Shown one piece after another: positions 29,781-44,349 of a stretch of 64,000 nucleotides of DNA. How positions within the stretch are numbered: position 1 is the stretch's first letter; each line of letters opens with the position of its first letter. The notes below the pieces were generated by a model. That model worked only from the letters and a program-made list of their open reading frames with translations. It was not told the DNA's origin and did not search any database. Source of the DNA: Octopus sinensis (Eukaryota); the NCBI RefSeq assembly GCF_006345805.1, contig NC_043019.1, positions 8,431,360 through 8,495,359 on the forward strand, given 5' to 3'. The position numbers and the translations under genes are program-made.

Positions 29781-30684
29781 TATTATGATCTTCTTCATGG
29801 TATCGTCACCGCAAATACCACAACCGTTATTACTACTACTACTACTACTGCTCTTAATAACAACAACAAATCAAAGCAACAACATCGCAAGCTGTTACAG
29901 CAGAACAATAAGTAGTTGTCATCGTAATAGTATTTGTATTCGAAAGAGCCGTAGTATTTATCGTAAGAAACGGTGGAAAAATCCGATGCGCCCTTTGTTC
30001 CCCATCCGAACCGATGAGCAGTGGGTGAATATGAAAATCGAACATTAAATCGGTTAACATATTTTTCTTTACACAGATATAATACTACACACATACAAAC
30101 ACATGCGCTGTAACACTAACCCATGCACACACCTACACATACATATATATTGTAGTTCGGTATATTTTGCTCTGTAAAGCATCCATAAATGCAAGAACCT
30201 GGAGTATATAAATGGTTTTATATAGAAATTATCTTATTAATATTAATACATACATATAACACCTCCGATAAAAATGTCCACAGTGCAGTTTAAGAAATTA
30301 ATATTATATTAGCCATAATCGCTGCATTGGATATTGTAAAACAAAACGCATTCCCAAGCATAAAAGCCGTGGCAAGTCTCACAACTTCACGCACAATTTC
30401 ATCCCAATAATGCAATAAAACCAATCCACACATAAAACAATCTACACAGTACACTCTCAATGATTTAATACGACTCCCATACGGCATGTTGTACACGATC
30501 AATTCAAAAAATTATATCGTCTTGTGCAGCACGTAGACTTCCGCAGCGTTGCTGCATTGCTATATCATAACAAATACGGAGCGCAATTAATCCAGTCACC
30601 TCTGACTCCCAAACTAAACTATAATACATGTTACAGTCTATAAAATGACCTCCAAATAATATTACACGAGGAACCTTATTCATT

Positions 30685-31160
30685 CTATTTATTTACTACC
30701 CACAAGGGGCTAAACACAGAGAAGGGACAAACAAGAACAGGCAAACGGATTAAGTCGATTACATCGACCCAAGTGCGTAACTGGTACTTGATTTAGGCGA
30801 GCTGGCAGAAACGTTAGCACGCCGGGCGAAATGCTTAGCGGTATCTCGTCTGCCGTTACGTTGTGAATTCAAATTCCGCCGAGGTCGACTTTGCCTTTCG
30901 TCCTTTCGGGGTCGATAAATAAAGTACCAGCTACGCACTGGGGTCGCTGTAATCGACTTAATACCTATGTATGTCCTTGTTTGTCCCCTCTGTGTTTAGC
31001 CCCTTCTGGGTAATAAAGAGATAGGTACTTCATTTATTGACCTTGAAAAGATAAAAGGCAAGGTCGACCTCGACGGAATTTGAACTCAGAACGTAATAGC
31101 AAACGAAATACGGCTACGCATTTCGCCCGGCATGCTAACGTTTCTGCCATCTCGCCGTCT
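30685..31160 (-). mobile_element. SINE family B host copy split by a nested insertion
   Basis: 30685-30795 and 31037-31160 together form one minus-strand family-B copy. Confidence 0.85.
30796..31023 (+). mobile_element. SINE family B, full-length nested insertion with 13-bp target-site duplication
   Basis: ggcgagctggcagaaacgttagc...gaggtcgactttgcctttc...; flanks ggtacttgattta (30783-30795) and ggtacttcattta (31024-31036). Confidence 0.9.
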
Positions 31161-32019
31161 TAAGGAAGCTTATTCATTCATTAACACAAAATAGATATAT
31201 CGTATTTAATACATTGGTGAAGTAATGCTGTATAATACAACATACAAAGCACATCATCTGCATAATTATCATGAGGTTTGTACAGCCTCGACTGCAGAAT
31301 CCCACTAACGGATTCTATCTTCGGAAATTTTTTCTCTTAGTACCTTCCTGGGGTGTTGACTCTTTTGGAAATCTAGCAGCAGCATATTTAGGAATGTTTC
31401 ATCTCTCCAGGCCAGTAATGATGTTCAAACCAGCGTCAACGAACGATACAACTCCAGCCGACTGTCATCACTGATACAGCCACCAAAGATACAGGGTACA
31501 ACCAAGTACCTCAACGGTACATACACCGTTGATTTTTAACACAGAGTGCAGAGAGACAAAACAAATGTTGAAATGTATTCCGACCGATAGTTTCGCCATT
31601 TGTATCATTTTATCCCGTTCTCTTGTAAATCGTAGAGTACAGCTGACATAGCATATATTCAATAGCATACAATCAATTCTTGGTAATATATTTCATTCTA
31701 CAACACTATAATTTAGCTTAGAGAAAACGTTATTCTATAGGACTCCCCCAATAGAATAACAGAACGGACGGCAAATATTGTATGCAATCACATCCTTAAA
31801 ATTTAACGCGAAATATAGAGAGCAAATTGTTTTGCACAAACACCTCTCAATAATGCAATATATCTCACAATAGTATTTCTTCGCCACACAATGTCAAATC
31901 ACCAAGCCTTGCTCATTATGTAGAGAAGTTTGTCCCACTTTTCATAATTCTCCGGAGAGCTGTAATAAAAAAATATCTAAATAAAGATGTTTCATGCTTC
32001 AGCTTATAAATCGTATACG

Positions 32020-32700
<681 letters not shown>

Positions 32701-32984
32701 AAACTGTTTGCAACGTTGTACCTTAAAGGAAACTTATAGTCCTGAACTAAATTTGACTAAGAGTGTGAATAACACCTACGTTGCCAGAAGTAGGAGTTGA
32801 AATTCTCGAATGTTGTTATATGTCATGTGTTTTATAACAATATTGTCGCATTTTAACTCCTATTTCTAGCAATGTAGGTGTTATTCACACTCTTAAGCAA
32901 GGATAGCATGAATTATATCTATATTTATCTATTTATACAAATATATATGTCTGTGTTCTTATGTATATATCAGCACATAAATAA

Positions 32985-33029
<45 letters not shown>

Positions 33030-33760
33030 ATACATACAGGTAGATGCTCACATATACATGCATATGCAAGTACCAGCACACATGCAGCCGTGCTTTCTTT
33101 ATTGAATGAAAACCTCAGAAGTATTTTACTAATCAACAACGCAATGTTATATGAAGAAGACACTTAGAAATTACGAGAAGACAAATACTAACAGAAACGG
33201 ACATCATGTTTCCACCCGAACTTCATCTTCTTTATTTGCTTAAATGGAATAAACTCTCACGTGCTCTCAGGCTTTGTTCTACCATGAGTATTAAGACATG
33301 TCAAAGCTATGGTTTTTATAGAAATAGATTGATTGCACACTACGATATCCCTCAGTATATGTGGACAGCGTGCCTAATATTATTTATGATAGCAAAGTAT
33401 TTTTAAGAACACACCAACGGAAAAGTCTCTAGTTTGTTGCTACACTTCAGGGCAAAGCAAATACACCTACCTAATCCTGCATGATCGCACCAAATAGGTT
33501 TTGCCCCCTCTCAAGCACCTTGTCGCGTTCCCTCCACTCTCTTTCTCTATCTGTATATATATCGTTTTGGGGATTTGGTAGCCAAGATTCTTTATATGAA
33601 TTCGTGTGTTGAAGCATATCTTGTTGTGCCAAGACTATTGAAAAGGTTGCAAACGCAACGAAAATTTCAGGAAAATTAAAATAAGGATGTGTAAATTTTA
33701 CGGGTGAGTGTGCTAAATTATAAGGCACAAAAAGGAAATAACACTTCCCAGACAAAACAG

Positions 33761-33829
<69 letters not shown>

Positions 33830-33834
<5 letters not shown>

Positions 33835-33892
33835 TCTTCATGTGCTTGTTCATTATTAACCTTTGAAATTGAGTTAACCTGTCTTGCCGCAA

Positions 33893-33938
<46 letters not shown>

Positions 33939-34000
33939 TTGCGGCAGACAGGTTAACTCAATTTCAAAGGTTAATAATGAACAAGCACATGAAGACACTA
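33830..34000. repeat. Near-perfect palindrome with 64-bp arms around (TA)n
   Basis: 33831-33894 versus 33937-33999 are reverse complements with a single 1-nt indel; the (TA)n spacer is itself self-complementary. Confidence 0.97.
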
Positions 34001-34059
34001 GAAAATTCTTTGTATTTCTATAAAATGCATTAAATGCCTTTGTGAGTCTAGTAGGTTTT

Positions 34060-34420
34060 TAAATTGCATCCCTTAGGTGGTGACCGCCAATGTTGATTGA
34101 TTTCTTGAGTTATTGCTGCCTTTAACTCTTCGAGAATGCTGACCGGTGTTGATACACTCATGATTTAAGGTGACCCCATAGAAGAAAACACGGGATGAAA
34201 GCCGAGGAACGTGAGGGCTACCCAAGATCACCTCGCAGCGAAACAAGATGACCTGGAAATATGTCACGGAGGAATCCGAATGAACCTCAAGAGGTATGCG
34301 ATGCGGCACCATGTTGTCGGAACCATATGTCATCCGAATGATGATCGATGTGTCACCGGACGACTCACTGTGATGTAACAAAAACGATAAGCACGGAATG
34401 CCATTCAAAAATTTGGGCAT
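34060..34420 (-). mobile_element. Tc1/mariner-superfamily transposase catalytic-domain pseudogene fragment
   Basis: Minus frame DIWFRQHGAASHTS*...DIFPGHLVSLRGDLG*PSRS...FLLWGHLKS*VY matches WFQQDGA..HT...FPG..IS.RGD..WP.RSPDL.P.DFFLWG.LK..VY; several stops. Confidence 0.85.
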
Positions 34421-34469
34421 CTTTGTTTAAGCATTATGCTTCTGATCATCACGGTCCTTCATTCCTGAG

Positions 34470-34844
34470 TCTGCGATGTGAACGTCTCTGATCACAAGCA
34501 GAAGTAGTTGGGGAGCGTCAAGGCCATGTGTTGAGAGGAATTCTTTGGGGTTTGGATAATTCAACCCTGGAAACATGGGTATTTTGTCCAGCATCCTTAA
34601 ACAACCCTTATTCAGAGACCTTTTGAGTGACATGGGCTACTCGACTTGAAGAAATTTCTAACTTGGCCCCGCCTGCAAAGTCATGTGCTGTCGATTTTGA
34701 CATGAAATCACCATGTCGCGAGCACATTGTTCAGATGCGTGTGCCTTGTGTACCCTTATCACACAGGTAGTCATGATGCGTATAATGGGCTTCGTATATT
34801 TGTACCCCAGAGTCACTTTGATGGCATGCATTGCTCTTTCACGC
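34470..34844 (+). mobile_element. (AAT)n-tailed interspersed repeat, 5'-truncated copy
   Basis: Colinear with about 14760-15128; ends tgctctttcacgc followed by aatgat(aat)n. Confidence 0.8.
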
Positions 34845-34848
34845 AATG

Positions 34849-34900
<52 letters not shown>

Positions 34901-34949
34901 TAGCAGCACCACCTTGTCAAATATGCTGTCTCAATTAGATATTATGTGA

Positions 34950-35300
34950 TATTATTCATAAGATAATTACTTACATTATTGTTGAGTAGGAGTAGCATGC
35001 GTTGTAGCAGCAGAAGCAGCAGAAGCAGCAGCAGTAGTAGTAGTAGTTGTTGTTGTTGCTGCTAATACTGTTGTTGCTATTGTTAGTTGTGGTGGTGCTG
35101 CTTTTAAAGTTATAGTAGCAACAGCAGAATTATTAGCTCTATAGTTGCAGTTCCTATTTCGTTGTTAATGGTGACGGTGGTGGTGGCTTTGGCGGCTGTT
35201 CTGCTGCTGCTGTTGCTGCTGCTGCTGCTACTGCTCATGACGGTGGTGGGATCGTTGGTGATGATTCGTAAACAAAATACAGCAAATTCTAGCAGCACCT
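34950..35300. repeat. Mixed trinucleotide low-complexity region (agc/gtt/gtg)
   Basis: Direct reading. Confidence 0.8.
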
Positions 35301-35619
35301 GAAATTTAAAAGCATTTTACAATATATTAAATCCAGTACATTTATTTCTATAATAAGAATCTAAGATACAATTTGCAATTTAAAGACACGATCAGAATTT
35401 GCAATTTCGTAAAAGAAACATGGCGTCTAGAAGGCTTTCACGTCTTTTCGACATAATTTTCATTCATATTTTATTTATATATATATATTACTTTTGTTAC
35501 TTCTTTAGGTCCACATATTCAATTTTAAATCGTGTTTCGAAATTCGAGACGACGATTTTGATTTGAAGCAATTATATCTAATGTGTAACGCACGAAATAG
35601 AAAAAAAAAATGTACCTTA

Positions 35620-35621
35620 TC

Positions 35622-35669
<48 letters not shown>

Positions 35670-35712
35670 TTATTATTATTATATTATTATTATTATTATT
35701 ATTATTATTATC
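35620..35712. repeat. (CTT)n-(TTA)n compound microsatellite
   Basis: Direct reading. Confidence 0.95.
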
Positions 35713-35905
35713 AAAATTTATCGGTAAAATAGCTAAAAAGAAACAAATGTTTTCAAAAAAGCATGAAAATATAATTCAGGTTTTTCTCCATAAAGAAGTG
35801 CATGTATTAGACTTGGAATATATTTTGAATGAAGCCTTAACGAAATTAATAAAATCTAGCTTGCATACCTCCTCCACACTTTCCCCCCTCTCTCTCCCCC
35901 TCCGC

Positions 35906-35948
<43 letters not shown>

Positions 35949-38900
35949 AAGACACGCACATATATATGAATACCTACCACATACACATTCATACGCACGT
36001 AGGCATAAGCATGCACAACAAGCACATGAATATTTAAGTACCTGTGCGCCTATGCGTAAGCAATACTATACATTTGAAAGCGGTTGTGTGACATTATAAA
36101 CTTCTAATTCTTGTACAGAAAAAATAAAACATTTTCTGAAATGCAAAAACAAACAATTAGTTAACTGTATAGAAATGCATGTATATCAATATGCATCCAT
36201 GTTAAAGCTCAATCATATATGTAAATATTCAAACGCAAATACGGTCGCATATGCAGTTATCTATGGTTTTATGCTTGTATGTGCATATGTGTGTATGTAT
36301 GTTTATATATATATATATATATATATATATTTACGAATAATAATGACTATAATAATAATGTGTGTGCTTGTGTTTATGTATAAAGTAATGTATATAAACA
36401 GATTTGTTCATATATACATAAGTATTTCTGTAAGCATATATATGTATATATGTATATTAGTACACACACATACGCATATATATATATAAAACACATATAT
36501 ATATTTAACTATACGTACATATAGTTAAATATATATATATATATATATGTAATGACATTTAATTTGTACGTTTGCGCGCGCGTGTTTTGAGGGATATTTG
36601 TTTGCCTAGGTGTGCCTGCTTAATTTGTTGTATTTCACCGCGAAACTAAGTGTCACGATATAGACGTGATAGTCTACATTTAAGCATAATCAAGCGGGTA
36701 TTGAATACACAATGAATAGAATTTATGCTACACATATATTCAAGCATATATAATTTTGTTATAACAGAATTCACGGAACGTCTTGGAAGTTATCAACATC
36801 ATATACGCCTTAATTGTCAGCGCCTTACACGTCGACACCATCTGCATCTAAATACTTGAGTATGTAAGACATATGACTATATAAGTTTGTGTGCGTGCGT
36901 ATGGGTATGTGTATATGCATGTATGTGCATGTGTATGTGTGTGTGTGAACATATATATAGGCTTGGTCGACTGGTAAGCAACCGTATCCCCAAATTCATC
37001 TTTCACATCCTCAGTTTCACTGTTTGGTATCCTGGATAAATATATTCTAGTCTAATACCTAATCCCTCCACGCAATGTCTGCAGAAGGAAACTGTAAGAA
37101 GCTCGTCATCGAATAGCTTTTATGCGTTTGTGTGTGTTCATGTGCGCGTGAGTGTATGCACGTGTGTGCGTTTGTGTGTGCGTCCGAGTGTGTGTGTGTG
37201 TGTGTGTTTCTTTGTTTGATATCGTCTTCCATTGCTTGAGCTCAAGCGTTCATAACCTCATTCCATATTTCAACAAAGTTTTCAGACTCGAAAAGAAAAA
37301 AACAAAAACAGGCTTGCTTTACCTTTTAATGATCAGAAACAAGCAATATTGAGGAGTGAAAGTGAGTCTTTCAGTTATAAGGTATACTTATACTCGGATG
37401 ATTTTTTGGAACGGAAATAAACTCCATGAAGGCAAGCAAAGATCCAGTAGCCTGCCAAACAGCACCTCACTTCAAGGACTATGATGGACTTTCGGAAACC
37501 ACACCGGCCACAGCATTGTAGGCCAAGAAGTTTGGTTATGTTTCGTGATAATACAAGAGCACAACAGTTTTACTGTGAATTGATATTGCAGGCGTGTTTC
37601 AGGATATACGGATTCTTAACACCGGCAGTTTGCTGCAAGAGTCGAAATTCCATAAAAACATGGAAACTATATCTCAACCCATCGTCTAAGATGCTCAAAT
37701 GAATCTAACACCTAAACGTGCATTTCATTTATAGATACCAAAAGAAGGGCAACTAACAATGGCATCGGCGGACGTCGAACACAATATGCCAGAAACTGCT
37801 AAAATTACTCAAGAAGTTTAAAGTATATGTGGCTGCGTGCGCGTGTGTGGATATATAGATATATGTGTGCATGTGTACGTATGATTTGTATATATGTATA
37901 TATTTATGACGGCTTAACATTACATTTTCTTGTTAAATGAAAATAAACTGGAAATCCACGATTGGGACACAATCAACATAGGGCTCACAGGATTCTTATT
38001 GATTCCTAATTACATTTTATCTACCTCCTTATCATCAGTATAAGATCTAAGGTTAGAATAGTATGTTTATTGAGAATAAAAGCCAGAGCTGGCTGCTGGT
38101 CATAAACAAATATTTCTAGGTGTTTGCACTGTTCTTTAATTTCTTATTATTATTTAATTTTTTACTGCCATCCTTATCCCTCATCACGAAAACAATCAAA
38201 CCTTAATATATATAATAAGTTTGAAAATGGATAGATTCAATGGATATAAATTAAGTTATTAATGATTTAACCATTTAATTATGTGTGTGTGTGTGTGTTT
38301 GGTATATATATATATATATATATATATATCGTGCTTTCTATCCTTCTCTCTGAGGAGAATTGTTTATGGTGACCCTACATCTTAGGTGCACATTAGTTCA
38401 GTCCATCCATCAAATGGACTTAGCTTGTAGAGCAGCAGCATACTGTGCTACAGGTGAGTTGAGAAGGAGATATCACAGTAGCGTGATGGGAAATATTTTG
38501 ATGAAGAACGCAACGCAGCACACATTTCAAGAAGGACTGGGAAACCTTCACGACATGAAACCGCGCCCAACACATTTCCACACACACACTCACTCATATA
38601 TGCTTTCTTATCTGCTTCCTTTGCTTTGGGCTTTTGTGTGCATGTTGTTGTCAGTGCCTGCCACTTTACATATATACTCATGTATATATAAATATATTAT
38701 ATATATATATATATATATACATATTAAAGTACATAGTCATATGTAAATACGCATGAACAAGCACACACACACACACACACTCATATTCATATATATTTGG
38801 GGGGTGCGTGTGTATGTGTATGTATCCATTTGTATAATTGTTTGTTTCTTTGTGTGCGTTTCCACATTTTTTTTTTTACTATCTGTGTTGCTGTCATGAA

Positions 38901-39176
38901 ACTGACAGTTGTTCTGCTCTTAATTAATTGAGACACAAAAGACTTATTAATAAGGCTGTGCGTGACTGAATCAATAAAATTTCTCTACAGAACAACCTGG
39001 ATGATGACGAGGTACCATGCGTAGGAAGCACGTAAAGAATTGTTAATGCCACCAGAATCTATTATTATCATCATCATCATCATCGTCGTCGTTGTCGTCG
39101 TTGTCATCCTCATCAGCTTTTCAATATTATTAATATCATCAACATTATTATTATTATTGTTGTTGTTCTTGTTGAT

Positions 39177-40560
39177 GTTATTCAGTAGTCTTGATTTTAT
39201 AGCGTGCTTTTACTGCACTACCGAGCGGAGCTGTGTGCCTTGGGTGTGTGCTGTGGTTTGCTGTGATGTTCTTATGGTTACTATAATGAAAGTGCTTCAG
39301 GTAGGATGTGTGCAGTACCTAGTAGTGCTATTATCTGCATGTCATATATATTTTGTTAGTCATAGTGTTATGTATTTGTCTGAATATTTTTTATCATACC
39401 TAATGCGCCCACTATGATAGGATTTGTTTCTGCTTTTAGACTCGACATTCGAGTTACCTCTATTTCCAGGTCTTTGTATTTTGAAAATGTCTTCATTTAT
39501 TTTAGAGAATCGTTGTCATCTGCTGGTATTGATACATCAATTAGAAAGCATTTTTTTCGTCATGATCTCTGACAACTATATCTGGCATATTAGCCTTAAT
39601 TTCTCTATCAGAGTGTATTGGCATATCCCATAGTATTGTTACATTCTCATTTACTGTGACCTTTTCTGGCGTGTGCCTACACCACCTTTTTCTGTTGTTA
39701 TTCCATAGTGTTGTCATAGCGTCCAGTGTATGCAAGTCCCAAATCTATCATGTCTGTGAGTATATTCCTTCTTAGCCAGGACTGGGCAACCAGAGATAAT
39801 ACGATTTATTGTCTCTTGTCCGTCTCCACATATTGTGTAGTTACTTATTATGTTTCTTTTCATTATATGTTGGTAATTTCTGGTGGAGACGCTTTGGTCT
39901 TGTGCTGCAATTAAAAATCCCTCTGTCTCTGCTTTGAGTCGTGAGCTTCTCAACCATTGCTGGGATTTTGCTTTGTCTATTTCTTTTGCGTTTAGGTTAA
40001 CCCAATATTTGCCATGAAGGCGCTTTTCTTGCCATCTTTTTATTATGGTCCGTCGCTGTTCCAGTTTTAGTTTGGATTTCAGTTGTTTTACACCTTTCGT
40101 TGTTTCTTCGTCTTCTTCAGATTTGTATTTGTCAGCTTTCTTAAAGACTGAAAACAGTTTTTTTATATTTTTTCCTTTTTTATGGATATTTGTATTAGTT
40201 TTCCTCGCTTCTGAAGTAGGTATTTTTGAAGTCCTATGGTGGTTATTTTGTAATAGTTTTCTAGCTGCATAAGGCCTCTACCGCCTTCTATATATTGTAT
40301 ATATAACCTTTCTACGTCAGATTTTGGTTGATGCATCCTAAATCTGTAATTATCTTTCTTCTTTTCCTGTCTATTTTGGTTAGTTCATTTAGTGTCCAGT
40401 TAAGGATATTGTAGCTGTAACTTATAACTGGGACGGCTAAAGTGTTGATACCTATTATCTTGTTTTTCGCATTGAGCTCTGTGTCCAGTACTAATTTAAC
40501 TTGACTATAGTATTCTTTTTTCTCTTTGATTTTCTGCGTGTTGTATCGCATCTTGTTCAA
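39177..40560 (-). mobile_element. R4/Dong-clade LINE 3' 1.4 kb (post-RT region, zinc knuckle, RLE endonuclease, 3'UTR, AAT tail), disrupted
   Basis: KKEYYSQVKLVLDTELNAKNKIIGINTLAVPVISYS; LKAETEGFLIAAQDQ...ICGDGQETINRIISGCPVLAKKEY..RHD; VTILWDMPIHSDREIKANMPDIVV (RLE PD motif); tail ...gactactgaataac...(aat)n. Confidence 0.93.
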
Positions 40561-40610
40561 TATTACTACTTTCTACTACTAATATTACTACTGCTACTAC
40601 TACTACTATT

Positions 40611-40783
40611 GAGTGAAAGAGCAGTGCATGCCATCATAGTCACACTGGGGTAAAATATAGGAAGCCCAATATACCCATCTGTAGGCCATTTTTTATACGA
40701 AGAGACAACAATATACATGATCACACTTCCAATCAGTTAAGACCAAAAGCCATCAGAGCCACTGACTGGTACTGCATCAGGGA
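40611..40783 (-). mobile_element. Internally deleted copy of the (AAT)n-flanked repeat retaining both termini
   Basis: gagtgaaagagcagtgcatgccatc...atacccatc is joined directly to tgtaggcc...actggtactgcatcaggga; (TAC)/(TAT)n on both sides. Confidence 0.8.
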
Positions 40784-40806
40784 TGCTGCTACTACTATTA
40801 TTATTA

Positions 40807-40855
<49 letters not shown>

Positions 40856-42440
40856 GATTATTAATATTGTTGTTGTTATTTTTATCTTATATTTATCAGA
40901 GGTTTTGCTGGAACTCGTTGAGTTTTGATGCGTAGTTTGGCATTTTCTTATAAGACATTTGAAAAAAAAAAGAAAAAAGGAATCCAGAAAGTTCCTAACA
41001 ACTACGCTGAATAAATATGAATATAATGAAGGAGTAATCGACATGTATCTCAGAGGACAAATGTGAAAACATTTAGTCAGAAATTTTCTAATTCAATAAT
41101 AAGCGATTAAATATTTGATTAAACATTGTAATTTATACGATGTTGCATGTTATTGATATGTGAATGTTAATGACCATTTAATTAGATACGGCTGAATTTA
41201 AATATCTGCACTGCTAATTCCCACATTAATCTCACTAATTGTATGCTCTCTATGAGTAGCTGCTAAAATATGTAAGTCAATGAAACTACATATTCCGAGA
41301 TATGATCCAAAAACATACGTATATGTCCGATGGCCAATATGATGTCATGGCATCGAATCACGTAACTCGTTGAGTCTCTTAAATTGTTTATCTAAAATTG
41401 GGTTCTTCAATTGACCAAATGCTATGAGCTCTTCATAAACGGTGAACATTAATATACAGTATATCTCTTTCAAGAAATTGTTTCATATTTATCAATTTAT
41501 ATGAACTACTATTATACAAGATACAATGGCTTCTGTTATCATCTGCAGATGAGAAACGGTCGAATTACTTGCACCAGAGAGAACTCTAAAATGTAACCGA
41601 AAGATCAATAACTGTTTATCGGAAAGAGTGATATGCAAACAAGGATGAAACTACATAGTACGAACTGATTCTACAATGGAAGCACTCGTAAATGTTTCGA
41701 ATTTAGAATGTGTGAAATTCGAGAGCACGAGACGGGATTTCCCTGTTGAATTTAGTCAGTTTTCACCCTACCACTTAGAGACAAGTATGCACGTTGGGAA
41801 AATGTTACTTGTTTGAAATTTACCTATATTTGGAGTTGCAACTATGTTATCTATCTATCTATCACTCTATATATCAACCTATCTATCAATCTCTCTATCT
41901 ATATATCTACCTATATATCTATTAGTTTGTGCCTCTGTCTGCCTACCTATCTATTTCTATTTATCTATCTGTTTATCTACCTGTCAGTATATCTACATTT
42001 TTTATTGTAAAACGTTTACACCGCCAATTACTAAGGACTTCAGTACTGGAGTTGTACTTTTGAACTTTAGATTTTGAAAGCATTTGGATTAAATCCAATA
42101 CAAGCAGTGGGGAGGAAAATTAGAAAAAAGTACCCCCAACAAACATGTTTATAAAGTTATACATGCTTTAGTACATTCTAAACAACATAAGGTCAATTTA
42201 ATCTCATTTTCATAAAAACCTAACCAACACTCCACTCAAACCTATATACACAAAAATGACTTCAACTCAACAGAGACTATTTAGAGGCAAGAATAACTCT
42301 AATGCAGCGATGTCCAACGGCGACTGATGTGGTTGAAATTCGAAGTCACTTTCAACAACACTATGGTTTAATAATAATTAATTAGTACTCTACAAGAGTA
42401 GAGAGAAACATGAGATTAACGTAAAATGTTTATTATAATC

Positions 42441-42498
<58 letters not shown>

Positions 42499-42517
42499 GT
42501 ATGTATATGTATGTATG

Positions 42518-42550
<33 letters not shown>

Positions 42551-42596
42551 ATGTGTGTATTTATGTACATGCATATGTGTATATACATATATATAC

Positions 42597-42674
<78 letters not shown>

Positions 42675-43034
42675 ACATGTATATACATGCATATATACAT
42701 ACACATATATGCACAAATGGATGTGTGTGTGTGATTGTGAGCGTTGTGGGTGTACGAGCGCGTGTCCAGATAAACAGAGATAAAGAAGAACAGCTTCGTT
42801 ATTCGTTCGAGTCGTTCCGTTGCAGAATTTAATGAGATTAAGAATTCTTTACAGAATTCTGTCTCCGCATTATTGATGCATCATTCCTATTCTTTTCAGT
42901 TTAAAAATGCGATAACTCGATATTTGCCAGGTATAATCTTATCTTCTCTTTCTGCGTGCAGAAGCGTATTAACATTGTGAGGTGTTAGAATTACCTGCGA
43001 CATGTACTTCGGCACACAGAGTATTGATATAAAT

Positions 43035-43095
43035 AATAATAATAATATTAATAATAGTAATAATAATAATAGTAATAATAATAATAATAATAATA

Positions 43096-43137
<42 letters not shown>

Positions 43138-43200
43138 TGATGATGATAATAATAATAACAATAATAATAATATAATAATAATAAAATAATAATAATAATA

Positions 43201-43233
<33 letters not shown>

Positions 43234-43260
43234 ACAATAATATTATATATATATATATAT
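43035..43260. repeat. (AAT)n microsatellite
   Basis: Direct reading. Confidence 0.95.
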
Positions 43261-43357
43261 CCATGTGCGTATTCTATATGCATAATTATATACATGCATG
43301 TATATATATACATACATATAGATATACTTATGTGTACACACACACGAAAAAACACAT

Positions 43358-43388
<31 letters not shown>

Positions 43389-43639
43389 TATTATATATAT
43401 ATATATATATACACCTTCTTTAAAGAAAGAAGCAGATGAAATATTTTTTGTGTTAAAATATAAAAATGACATGAACGTGGAAGATAAGTGGATATTTTCT
43501 AGAGTGCAGCTTTAGTATTCCTTACGAATAATTCTATTGGCTGCGACTGCATTGTTTCGGCCAGCTAAGCCACTAATGGTTGACCCTTTGAAGCATCACA
43601 TCGACATATATATATATATATGCAAGATGGTCCATTCGG

Positions 43640-43880
43640 AAGGTTTGAGAAGCCTTCTGTTGCGATTTGCAGTATCGTATACCTGTAGGACTTCGTGAAT
43701 ATTTGCCTGTTCGATTGTACATCAGCACAGAAGCGTTGAACGAAACTGTTGTTGGGATAACCTAAAAAACAAATTGTCTGCACAGATTGCTTCGGATACT
43801 CGTCGATACGCGGATTATCAGAGAACAATTGTCTTTCTGGATTGCTGAACTGTTGGTTTGAGTTATAAATATATACCCAC
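43640..43880 (+). mobile_element. Possible highly degenerate Tc1/mariner transposase C-terminal remnant
   Basis: Only WDNLKNKL (compare LWG.LK.KV) is recognisable. Confidence 0.25.
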
Positions 43881-43994
43881 TCGTATGCTACCGACATTTT
43901 ATATATATATATAATATACATACATACATAAATACATATATACAACACACATATATATATAAACATATATATATACATGTGCATGTATATATAT

Positions 43995-44308
43995 CGGTCA
44001 TGAATAGTCATGGGATTGCACCTAGGAAGTTACCCTCTGAGGCACAAGTCCGGGCAAGATTGTTTATGGAAGACCAGAAGTCAGCCATGCATTCCAGCCT
44101 CCCCTATCCATGCCACCGATATTATTCAAGGGAAACGCAAAGGGCCCGGTAAAGCTTGGCACCAGTGGCGTCACAACTCCTCTCTACAGCTGGATCACCT
44201 GGAGCTACGTGAAATAAAATGTCTTCATCAAGAACGCAACACAGCCCAGTTCAGGGATCGAACTCACAACCTCACGATCGTAAACTGGACACTCTAACCA
44301 CTAAGCCA
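43995..44308 (-). mobile_element. tRNA-derived SINE, family D (head shared with family C, different tail)
   Basis: Minus-strand head tggcttagtggttagagtg...gttcgatccc; gtgaaataaa(a/g)tgtctt block; colinear with 49812-50132. Confidence 0.8.
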
Positions 44309-44349
44309 TATATATATATATAATATATATATATATAATATATAATATA

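Noticed and set aside
29389-30048. Longest ORF in the track (219 aa)
   Set aside because: Its length comes from the CT tract and a TAC repeat; there is no domain-like sequence.
35415-35470. aaacatggcg start-like context (MASRRLSRLFD)
   Set aside because: The frame runs into TA repeats with no donor or other support.
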